From the NCBI GenBank assembly GCA_041497675.1, contig JBGQGY010000126.1, positions 1-10,085 of the forward strand: 10,085 nucleotides of DNA, read 5' to 3'. Below are positions 1 through 6,189 of this stretch, in pieces. The position numbers and the translations under genes are program-made. Position 1 is the first letter of the stretch; the number at the start of each line of letters is the position of its first letter. Under the pieces are notes generated by a model. The model did not search any database. It saw nothing but the letters and a program-made list of their open reading frames with translations, and was not told the DNA's origin. This DNA comes from a bacterium (GTDB taxonomy: Bacteria > Sysuimicrobiota > Sysuimicrobiia > Sysuimicrobiales > Humicultoraceae).

Positions 1-79
1 ATACACGGGTCCACCCGCGCAGATTGATCCTGCATCCGGCTGGCTTCTTGACCGATTCCTTCAATGGGGGGATCAGGTC

Positions 80-319
80 ATGCGACTCGTCCGTCAGATC
101 ATCACCGTGGGGAACAGCGTGGGCATCACTCTGCCGCGAGAATTCCTCGACGCCTACGGGCTCGGGAAGGGCGCGCTGATGGAAGTGCGAGCGACCGGCA
201 TGGGGCTGCTGCTTCGCCCGTTGCGGGTAGCGCCGGCGCCGGGGGCGGTGCGGTGGACCGTCGGGCGGCACGGCCGGCCACCTTTCGGGCGATCGCGGAG
301 GGACAGACGGGAGGACTGA
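80..319 (+). CDS. AbrB/MazE/SpoVT-family DNA-binding protein (antitoxin-like)
   Basis: The N-terminus RQIITVGNSVGITLPREFLDAYGLGKGALMEV matches the swapped-hairpin AbrB/MazE pattern (GNS-x-G-(I/V)-x-(L/I)-P...L-x-x-G). An SD-like GGGGGA lies at 67-72 before ATG 80. The C-terminus is atypical and may be frameshifted. Confidence 0.8.
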   Translation: MRLVRQIITVGNSVGITLPREFLDAYGLGKGALMEVRATGMGLLLRPLRVAPAPGAVRWTVGRHGRPPFGRSRRDRRED

Positions 320-383
320 GTCTCCCTCGTGCTCAATCTTCGAACTGGGCCCAATTCCGACAACGGCCTGGAGGATGACGACC

Positions 384-929
384 ATGCCTAAGAAGGGGAC
401 CGTCAGAAAGGCCGCGAGAAAGACCGCGAGAAAAACGACGCGCCGGACATCCAGTGCCGCGCGGGGGGGCGTACCATTCCGGACAGTGACGCCCTATCTG
501 GCGGTGTCCGACGCGGCCGCCGCGATCGACTGGTACAAGAGGGCATTTGGCGCAAAAGAGCTCACGCGGATGCCAGGCCCGGGCGGCAAGATCATGCACG
601 CCGAGGTCATGATCGGCGACTCGCGCGTTATGCTGTCCGACATCTTTCGCGGCGGCGACACGGGCGCGCCGCAGACGCTCGGCGGGACGACGTCCAGCAT
701 GCACATCTATCACCGGGACGTGGACAAACTGTGGCGGCAGGCGGTCGCCGCGGGCGCGAGTGTCACGATGCCGCTTGAGGACCAGTTCTGGGGCGACCGC
801 TACGGCAAGCTAAAGGATCCCTTCGGACACAACTGGGGGCTGTCGTTCAAAGCCAAGATGACCAAAGAAGAAATGGAGCGGAAGCGCCAGCAGGTGATGG
901 CGGCGATGGCGGGCGGGACGGACCCGTAG
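384..929 (+). CDS. VOC superfamily protein (PhnB-like/glyoxalase-bleomycin resistance fold) with Lys/Arg-rich N-terminal extension
   Basis: Motifs TVTPYLAVSDAAAAIDWYKRAFGA, GKIMHAEVMIGDSRVMLSD and MPLEDQFWGDRYGKLKDPFGHNW. The start was moved from 375 to ATG 384 because GGAGG (370-374) abuts ATG 375 but is 9 nt from ATG 384. Confidence 0.9.
   Translation: MPKKGTVRKAARKTARKTTRRTSSAARGGVPFRTVTPYLAVSDAAAAIDWYKRAFGAKELTRMPGPGGKIMHAEVMIGDSRVMLSDIFRGGDTGAPQTLGGTTSSMHIYHRDVDKLWRQAVAAGASVTMPLEDQFWGDRYGKLKDPFGHNWGLSFKAKMTKEEMERKRQQVMAAMAGGTDP
405..440 (+). repeat. 3 x 12-bp imperfect coding tandem repeat (RKAA-RKTA-RKTT)
   Basis: agaaaggccgcg / agaaagaccgcg / agaaaaacgacg read directly from the sequence. 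Confidence 0.7.
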
Positions 930-940
930 GGTCAGACCCT
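926..940. repeat. Short palindrome AGGGTC-A-GACCCT preceded by GTAG (REP-like) at a convergent gene junction
   Basis: Perfect 6-bp arms at 928-933 and 935-940; GTAG at 926-929. Only one copy was seen in the window. Confidence 0.35.
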
Positions 941-1347
941 CACGGGACGATGGTGAACGGGCGATCGCGCCCGAGACGATAGACACGGAAGTCCGTGTCA
1001 AGCGTGAAGATGCGGTTGAGGCCGTCACGTTCGGCAACGCGCACCAGCGTGGCATCGGCTAGATCCATTGATTGCGAGCGGTACTTGTGTATCAGTGAAC
1101 GAATGCGAGGGATGTCACTGGCATCGAGCGGCAGCAACTGCAGAGTTCTCCGCTCCACCATCTCAAAGATCGCGTTCTTCCCGCGCGGCGTTTCAACCAC
1201 ATGAACGGCCTCCGTCACGACCGGCCACGTGGTGGCTACCGGTGAGGGAAGCGAGGCGAGCGCCCTGACGCAGATGCGGTGGTCTCTATCATCTTGGCGG
1301 ATGAGGGCGATTAGCGGCCCCGCATCGATGAGCCAGATAGGCTTCAC
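940..1347 (-). CDS. vapC: PIN-domain ribonuclease, VapC-family type II toxin
   Basis: 135 aa with PIN acidic residues in LIDAGPLIA, VVTEAVH, MDLADATLV and FTLDTDF. The GTG start overlaps the antitoxin stop (GTGA at 1344-1347), with GGGGAG upstream. Confidence 0.92.
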   Translation of the reverse strand: MKPIWLIDAGPLIALIRQDDRDHRICVRALASLPSPVATTWPVVTEAVHVVETPRGKNAIFEMVERRTLQLLPLDASDIPRIRSLIHKYRSQSMDLADATLVRVAERDGLNRIFTLDTDFRVYRLGRDRPFTIVP

Positions 1348-1604
1348 CGAGCTCCCCGCCGGGCGAGGAGGCGTGCTCGAAAGACCTCTTCAGACCGTCG
1401 AGCCAAATCGGGTGGACCGCCGGATTCAATGCCGACGAGGTCGCTGATTGAGTCAAGGAGGGATGCGCCGGGCTCGACGTCCTCGGGCTGAGCGAGGCCC
1501 ACGATGGCATCGCGAAGCACTTCGGACTTGGTGCGGCCCGTCCGTGTGGCAATCCGCCGCAGCAGTGTTTCGGTTTTGGAATCCAATCGTACACTGGTCG
1601 GCAT
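1344..1604 (-). CDS. Ribbon-helix-helix (CopG-family) antitoxin, VapB-like
   Basis: PTSVRLDSKTETLLRRIATRTGRTKSEVLRDAI fits a beta-strand-helix-helix RHH pattern. The 86-aa gene lies directly upstream of, and overlaps, the PIN gene. Confidence 0.88.
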   Translation of the reverse strand: MPTSVRLDSKTETLLRRIATRTGRTKSEVLRDAIVGLAQPEDVEPGASLLDSISDLVGIESGGPPDLARRSEEVFRARLLARRGAR

Positions 1605-1627
1605 GCTTTAGACTACCCGCAAAACTG

Positions 1628-1651
1628 TGTAGTACAAGTATTGTAGTACAA
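1628..1651. promoter_or_regulatory. Paired palindromic operators TGTA-G-TACA, probable antitoxin autorepression sites
   Basis: TGTAGTACAA occurs at 1628-1637 and 1642-1651 (14-bp period). Each core is palindromic, and they overlap the predicted start site and -10 respectively. Confidence 0.75.
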
Positions 1652-1668
1652 AGGGAATCCAGCGTCAA
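1640..1668 (-). promoter_or_regulatory. Sigma70-type promoter of the toxin-antitoxin operon
   Basis: The minus strand reads TTGACG (1668-1663), a 17-nt spacer, then TACAAT (1645-1640). Each hexamer has one mismatch to consensus; the -10 ends 35 nt upstream of the antitoxin ATG. Confidence 0.8.
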
Positions 1669-1738
1669 GATTCCACTGTGCAGAATATCGGCGGCTTCGA
1701 GCGGGTTTTTCAAGTGCCGACTTGATCGGCAGGACGCG

Positions 1739-1764
1739 CAGCAGGAGACGGCCGGCTCCTGCTG
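1739..1764. other. Inverted repeat/hairpin upstream of the first amidase
   Basis: CAGCAGGAG (1739-1747) and CTCCTGCTG (1756-1764) form a perfect 9-bp stem with an 8-nt loop. There is no downstream U-tract on either strand. Confidence 0.55.
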
Positions 1765-4600
1765 AAAAGACCGCGAGTCGTGCGTAACGTTCCCCCTCAG
1801 AACCTCTGGCAGTGTTCCGCCGTAGAGCTCGCCCAGTTCTTGCGGGCCCGCGCCGTCTCGGCCGTGGAGATCGCCGAGACGCTCCTTGACCGCATCTCCG
1901 CGCTCGACTCGCTGCTCCACGCCTATGTCACCGTCGACCGCGAGGTGACCCTCGGGCAGGCGCGGGCGGCACAGGACGAACTGGATCGCGGGCACGATCG
2001 CGGCCCGCTCCACGGCATCCCCGTCTCGCTCAAGGATGCCATCGACACCGCCAGCATGCGGACGACGTGGGGGAGCAAGGCGTTTGAGCACCGGCGGCCC
2101 GAGACCGACGCGTTCGTCACGCGAAAGCTCGCCGATGCGAGAGCGGTGCTCCTCGGTAAGGCTAACCTGCTTGAGTTTTGCGCCGGACCGAGCGACGCGG
2201 CGCCGTTCGGCAGGACCGCCAACCCCTGGAAGCCGTCCCACTTCTCCGGCGGATCGAGCAGCGGGAGTGCCGCGGCCGTGGCCGCAGGTTTGGGGCCGAT
2301 CAGTCTTGGGACCGACACCGGCGGGTCGGTGCGGGGTCCCGCGGCGTTTTGCGGCGTGCCGGGGTTGAAGCCGACGTTTGGCCGCATCGGGAGGTCGGGC
2401 GTATTCGAGTTGAGCTTCACGCTCGATCACGTTGGTATCCTCGCGCGACGCGTCGAGGATATCGCGGTGACGATGGCGGCGGTGGCGGGTGAGGATCCCG
2501 ATGATCCGGGGTCGCTTCGAACATCACCCCCCGACTACCTCGGACTCATGCGGACCGACCGAGCGCGGCCGCCGTTGTTGGTGCCCCGCGCGCATTTCTG
2601 GGAAGCCCTCGAACCCGAGGTCGAGCGACTCGTCGAGGACGCCATCGGCGTGTTTCGCTCGCTCGGATATGAGCTTCGTGAGGTGACGATCGACGAGGTC
2701 GAGACCATGCATCGGACACACGCGGCGATCGTTCCGGTGGAAGTTGCGTGGCGGCACGGCGATATGGTGGCGGAGATCACCGAGGGCATCGGCCGCAACT
2801 TTCGCAAGCGCGTGGCCACGGGCTCGAAGACCTTTGCTACCGCCTACGCGGGGGCGATGCACGCCCGCGCGTCGCTGCAGGCGTCCCTGGCGCGCACCCT
2901 GGCGGGAGGCGCCCTGTTGCTGCTGCCGGGATCACCCTGCGTGTCGGTGCCTCTGACCGACCCGTGGGTGACCGGCGAGAAACCACTCGACCCCCTCCGC
3001 AGCAAATGGACGGCGCTGTTCAACGATGCCGGGGTTCCTGCGCTCACGGTGCCGTGTGGTTTTACCGCAGAGGGGCTTCCGGCCGCGATCCAGCTGGTCG
3101 GTCTGTGGGATGAGGAGCCGCAGGTGTTCCGCACCGCGATCGAGTATGAGCAAGCCACCGGATGGTGGAAGCTTTGGCCGGTTGAAGAGACCACAAAGCG
3201 TGCGTGACACTCATCAGCAGAACCTCTGGCAGTGTTCCGCCGTAGAGCTGGCCCAGCTCTTGCGGGCTCGCGCCGTCTCGGCCGTGGAGATCGCCGAGGT
3301 CTTGCTCGATCGTATCGCTGCCGTCGACCCGATGCTGCACGCGTACGTCACCGTCGACCGCGACGTAACCCTCGGACAGGCGCGGGCGGCGCAGGCCGAG
3401 CTCGACGGCGGACGTGATCGCGGCCCGCTGCACGGCATCCCCGTCTCGCTCAAGGATGCGATCGACACCGCCAGCATGCGGACGACGTGGGGCAGCAAGG
3501 CCTTCGAGCACCGGCGACCTGAGGCCGATGCGTTCGTCACGCGACGCCTCACCGATGCGGGGGCCGTGCTGCTCGGCAAGACCAACCTGCTCGAGTTTTG
3601 CGCCGGACCCACCCACGCGGCGCCATTCGGCAAGACCGCCAACCCCTGGAAGCGATCCCACTTCGCCGGAGGGTCGAGCAGCGGGGGCGGCGCCGCCGTT
3701 GCCGCAGGATTGGGACCGATCAGTCTCGGCACCGATACCGGCGGATCGGTGCGCAATCCCGCGGCCTTCTGTGGCGTGGCAGGGTTGAAGCCGACGTTCG
3801 GCCGCATCGGGAGGTCGGGCGTCTTCGAGTTGAGCTTTACGCTCGACCACGTCGGCATCCTGGCGCGGCGCGTCGAGGACATCGCCGTGACGATGGCGGC
3901 AGTCGCCGGCGAGGACTCCGACGATTCCGGATCGCTCCGAACGCCGCCTCCCGATTACCTGAGGCTCATGCGGGGCGATCGACCGCGGCCGACCCTGCTG
4001 CTGCCCCGCGCGCACTTTTGGGAAGCTGTCGAACCCGACATCGGGCGGCTCGTCGAGGACGCCATCGGCGTCTTTCGCTCGCTCGGGTACGAGCTGCGTG
4101 AGGTCACGATCGATCACGCCGAGACCGTGCATCGGACGCACCTGGCGATTACGCCGGTGGACATCGCATGGCGGCACAGCGGGATGGTGGCAGAGATCAC
4201 CGAAGGGATCGGCCGCAACTTTCGCAAGCGCGTCGCTGCGGGCTCAAAGATCTTCGCTACCGAGTACGCGGAAGCCATGAACGCGCGCGAGGCGCTGCAG
4301 GCGTCGCTCGCCCGCACGCTGAAGGGCGGGGCGCTGTTGCTGCTGCCGGGGTCGCCCTGTGCCTCAGTGCCCCTGACCGACTCGATGGCGACCGGTGAGC
4401 GGCCGTTCGATCCCATTCTTGGCAAAGGCCTGGCCATGTTTAACGACGCCGGGGTTCCGGCGCTGTCGGTGCCGTGTGGATTTACGTCGGATGGACTTCC
4501 GGCGGCGATCCAGCTGGTCGGTCTGTGGGACGATGAGCCGCAGGTGTTCCGGACGGCGATCGAGTATGAGCAAGCGACCGGATGGTGGAAGCATTGGCCG
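1761..4600 (+). repeat. Head-to-tail tandem duplication, unit 1420 bp (1761-3180 and 3181-4600)
   Basis: The 1420-bp offset is the same at both ends (GTG 1780/3200; tggccg ending at 3180/4600). The 5' leaders also align: gctgaaaagaccgcgagtcgtgcgt vs gttgaagagaccacaaagcgtgcgt. Confidence 0.9.
1780..3207 (+). CDS. Amidase-signature family amidase (GatA/AtzE-like fold), copy 1
   Basis: GPLHGIPVSLKD (Lys85), GGSSSGSAAAVAAG (Ser159) and LGTDTGGSVRGPA (Ser183) give an intact Ser-cisSer-Lys triad; GLKPTFGRI is also present. GTG start. Confidence 0.95.
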   Translation: MRNVPPQNLWQCSAVELAQFLRARAVSAVEIAETLLDRISALDSLLHAYVTVDREVTLGQARAAQDELDRGHDRGPLHGIPVSLKDAIDTASMRTTWGSKAFEHRRPETDAFVTRKLADARAVLLGKANLLEFCAGPSDAAPFGRTANPWKPSHFSGGSSSGSAAAVAAGLGPISLGTDTGGSVRGPAAFCGVPGLKPTFGRIGRSGVFELSFTLDHVGILARRVEDIAVTMAAVAGEDPDDPGSLRTSPPDYLGLMRTDRARPPLLVPRAHFWEALEPEVERLVEDAIGVFRSLGYELREVTIDEVETMHRTHAAIVPVEVAWRHGDMVAEITEGIGRNFRKRVATGSKTFATAYAGAMHARASLQASLARTLAGGALLLLPGSPCVSVPLTDPWVTGEKPLDPLRSKWTALFNDAGVPALTVPCGFTAEGLPAAIQLVGLWDEEPQVFRTAIEYEQATGWWKLWPVEETTKRA

Positions 4601-4618
4601 AGGGAGGATCCCCGATGA
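3200..4618 (+). CDS. Amidase-signature family amidase, copy 2 (tandem paralog)
   Basis: Same triad motifs (SLKD, GGSSSGG, GTDTGGSVRNPA). The start was placed at GTG 3200 by alignment to copy 1 (MRNVPPQNLW vs MRDTHQQNLW) and overlaps the end of copy 1 by 8 nt. Confidence 0.95.
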   Translation: MRDTHQQNLWQCSAVELAQLLRARAVSAVEIAEVLLDRIAAVDPMLHAYVTVDRDVTLGQARAAQAELDGGRDRGPLHGIPVSLKDAIDTASMRTTWGSKAFEHRRPEADAFVTRRLTDAGAVLLGKTNLLEFCAGPTHAAPFGKTANPWKRSHFAGGSSSGGGAAVAAGLGPISLGTDTGGSVRNPAAFCGVAGLKPTFGRIGRSGVFELSFTLDHVGILARRVEDIAVTMAAVAGEDSDDSGSLRTPPPDYLRLMRGDRPRPTLLLPRAHFWEAVEPDIGRLVEDAIGVFRSLGYELREVTIDHAETVHRTHLAITPVDIAWRHSGMVAEITEGIGRNFRKRVAAGSKIFATEYAEAMNAREALQASLARTLKGGALLLLPGSPCASVPLTDSMATGERPFDPILGKGLAMFNDAGVPALSVPCGFTSDGLPAAIQLVGLWDDEPQVFRTAIEYEQATGWWKHWPREDPR

Positions 4619-6186
4619 TCGCTCGCCACGCGAAACTTGTCCTGGTGCTGCTGGCGGTGATGCTGATGCTACCGGCGCTCGAGCCGGCCGCGCGGGGAGC
4701 CCCCGCCGGGATCACGCGTCCGGTGGTGATCGTGCAGGGGACCGATGTCCCCACGCTCGATCCGATGTTCGCGGAATCCGGGCACTTCGCCAATATCCAG
4801 AAACACATGTTTGATTTTCTCATTTCATACAACAAGAAGATGGAGATCGTGCCGGACGCTGCGGAATCGTTCCGCTTGCTGCCCGACCGCGTCACCTGGC
4901 AGTTCAAGATCCGCCGGGGGATCAAGTTCTGGAACGGCGAGCCGCTCGATGCGAAGGCGGTCAAGTTCACGTTCGATCGGATCTCGATCCCCGAGCTGCG
5001 CCGGCAGGGGCTCACCGACCCGTACGTCCGCCGTGTCGGGCTCGTCCGCGTCGACGTGGTGGACGACTACACCGTGAACTTCGTGCTGCAGCAGCCCTCG
5101 ATTCTGTTCGTGGTGTATACGACGTTCAACCCGATCCTCGCGCCGGGCTATTACGGACGTGCCACCGTCCAGGAAGCCGCCATCAAACCGATGGGCAGCG
5201 GGCCGTGGATGTTCAAAGAGTGGAAGAAAGACGATCACATCACCCTGGTCGCCAACCCGAACTACTGGCGGGGGAAACCGGCGATCGACACGATGATTTG
5301 GGGAGCCGTCACCGAAACGTCGACGCGTCTTGCCATGCTCCAGACCGGCGCGGCGGACATCGTCGCCGATCTCGCGCCGGAGGACATCCCGCGGGTCGAC
5401 GCGGATCCGAATCTCCGCGCGTGCAAGGCCGTTGGGGCGCGGCGGATCCACGTTGGGCTGCCGACGCACGTGCCGCTGTACAAAGACCGGCGGGTGCGCC
5501 AGGCGTTCAACTACGCGGTGGACTTTGACGCGATCAACAAGGCGCTGCTCAGCGGTGTCGCGACCGGACGTATGGCCGTCCCGGTGAGCGGCGATCTATG
5601 GGTCGATCCCAGCATCAAGCCGTACCCGTACGATGCCGCGCGGGCCACGACGCTGCTGCGGGAGGCCGGTTGGAACGCCGCGACGCCGGTGAACATCATC
5701 ACCCCGGTCGGCCGCTACGTGAAGGATAAGGAACTAGCGCAGGCAGTGGCCGGGTATCTGCAGCGTGTCGGTGTGCGCGCCGAGGTGCAGACGCTCGAGT
5801 GGTCGCTGTTCACCAACCGCCTGTTTCGGGGAGAGTTCACGACGCCGTATCTGGTGGGCTTCGGCTCGCGGTTCTACGGCCCCGACGATCTGCAGGCCGT
5901 GTTTACACAGGGTATTTCGGGGTCCGAGTGGGGCGACGCCACCGAGAACGGTCCCCAGGCGAAGAAGCTCTTCGAAGAGCTGCGGACGACGTTCGATCTC
6001 AAGCGGCAGCGCGAGATCGTGCACCAGGTGTCGCGCATCTTTGCGGACGAAGCGCCCTGGATCTTCCTCTGGAAGCAGACATCGCTCTTCGGGATCAACC
6101 GCCGGCTGAGCTGGGACTGCTTCAGCGACGACCGAATTTACTTGTGGCTGCCGGGCGAGCAGGACGCCCGCGTCACGACGCAGTAG
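4615..6186 (+). CDS. ABC transporter solute-binding protein, family 5 (DppA/OppA/NikA-like)
   Basis: Signal peptide MIARHAKLVLVLLAVMLMLPA...AARG; motifs TWQFKIRRGIKFWNGEPLDAKAVKFTFDR, PMGSGPW, NPNYW and DRRVRQAFNYAVD. ATG 4615 has GGGAGG at 4602-4607 and an ATGA overlap with the amidase 2 stop. Confidence 0.95.
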   Translation: MIARHAKLVLVLLAVMLMLPALEPAARGAPAGITRPVVIVQGTDVPTLDPMFAESGHFANIQKHMFDFLISYNKKMEIVPDAAESFRLLPDRVTWQFKIRRGIKFWNGEPLDAKAVKFTFDRISIPELRRQGLTDPYVRRVGLVRVDVVDDYTVNFVLQQPSILFVVYTTFNPILAPGYYGRATVQEAAIKPMGSGPWMFKEWKKDDHITLVANPNYWRGKPAIDTMIWGAVTETSTRLAMLQTGAADIVADLAPEDIPRVDADPNLRACKAVGARRIHVGLPTHVPLYKDRRVRQAFNYAVDFDAINKALLSGVATGRMAVPVSGDLWVDPSIKPYPYDAARATTLLREAGWNAATPVNIITPVGRYVKDKELAQAVAGYLQRVGVRAEVQTLEWSLFTNRLFRGEFTTPYLVGFGSRFYGPDDLQAVFTQGISGSEWGDATENGPQAKKLFEELRTTFDLKRQREIVHQVSRIFADEAPWIFLWKQTSLFGINRRLSWDCFSDDRIYLWLPGEQDARVTTQ

Positions 6187-6189
6187 GGC

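Noticed and set aside
307..330. Hairpin with the AbrB-like stop codon in its loop as an intrinsic terminator
   Set aside because: Short bulged stem and no U-tract.
64..378. 104-aa ORF as an independent gene
   Set aside because: It overlaps the AbrB-like gene and has low-complexity sequence; only its 3' part matters, as a possible frameshifted tail.
1628..1651. Direct repeat TGTAGTACAA as a CRISPR or iteron remnant
   Set aside because: Only two 10-bp copies 4 nt apart, with no cas or rep gene; better explained as TA operators.
419..1777. 12-bp match AAAGACCGCGAG at 419-430 and 1766-1777 as a target-site duplication
   Set aside because: One copy lies inside an intact coding repeat, and 12-bp matches are expected by chance in 10 kb of GC-rich DNA.
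1453..2430. 325-aa minus-strand ORF, and similar long antisense ORFs at 3062-4177 and 8365-9465
   Set aside because: They lie antisense to well-supported genes, are Arg/Gly/Pro-rich without motifs, and are expected shadows of high-GC codon bias.
3026..3199. 58-aa N-terminal extension of amidase 2 in the ORF track
   Set aside because: It overlaps the amidase 1 coding region in another frame; alignment with copy 1 puts the start at GTG 3200.
1780..4618. Calling the amidases gatA
   Set aside because: There is no adjacent gatB or gatC and the context is catabolic/transport; only the amidase-signature family is supported.
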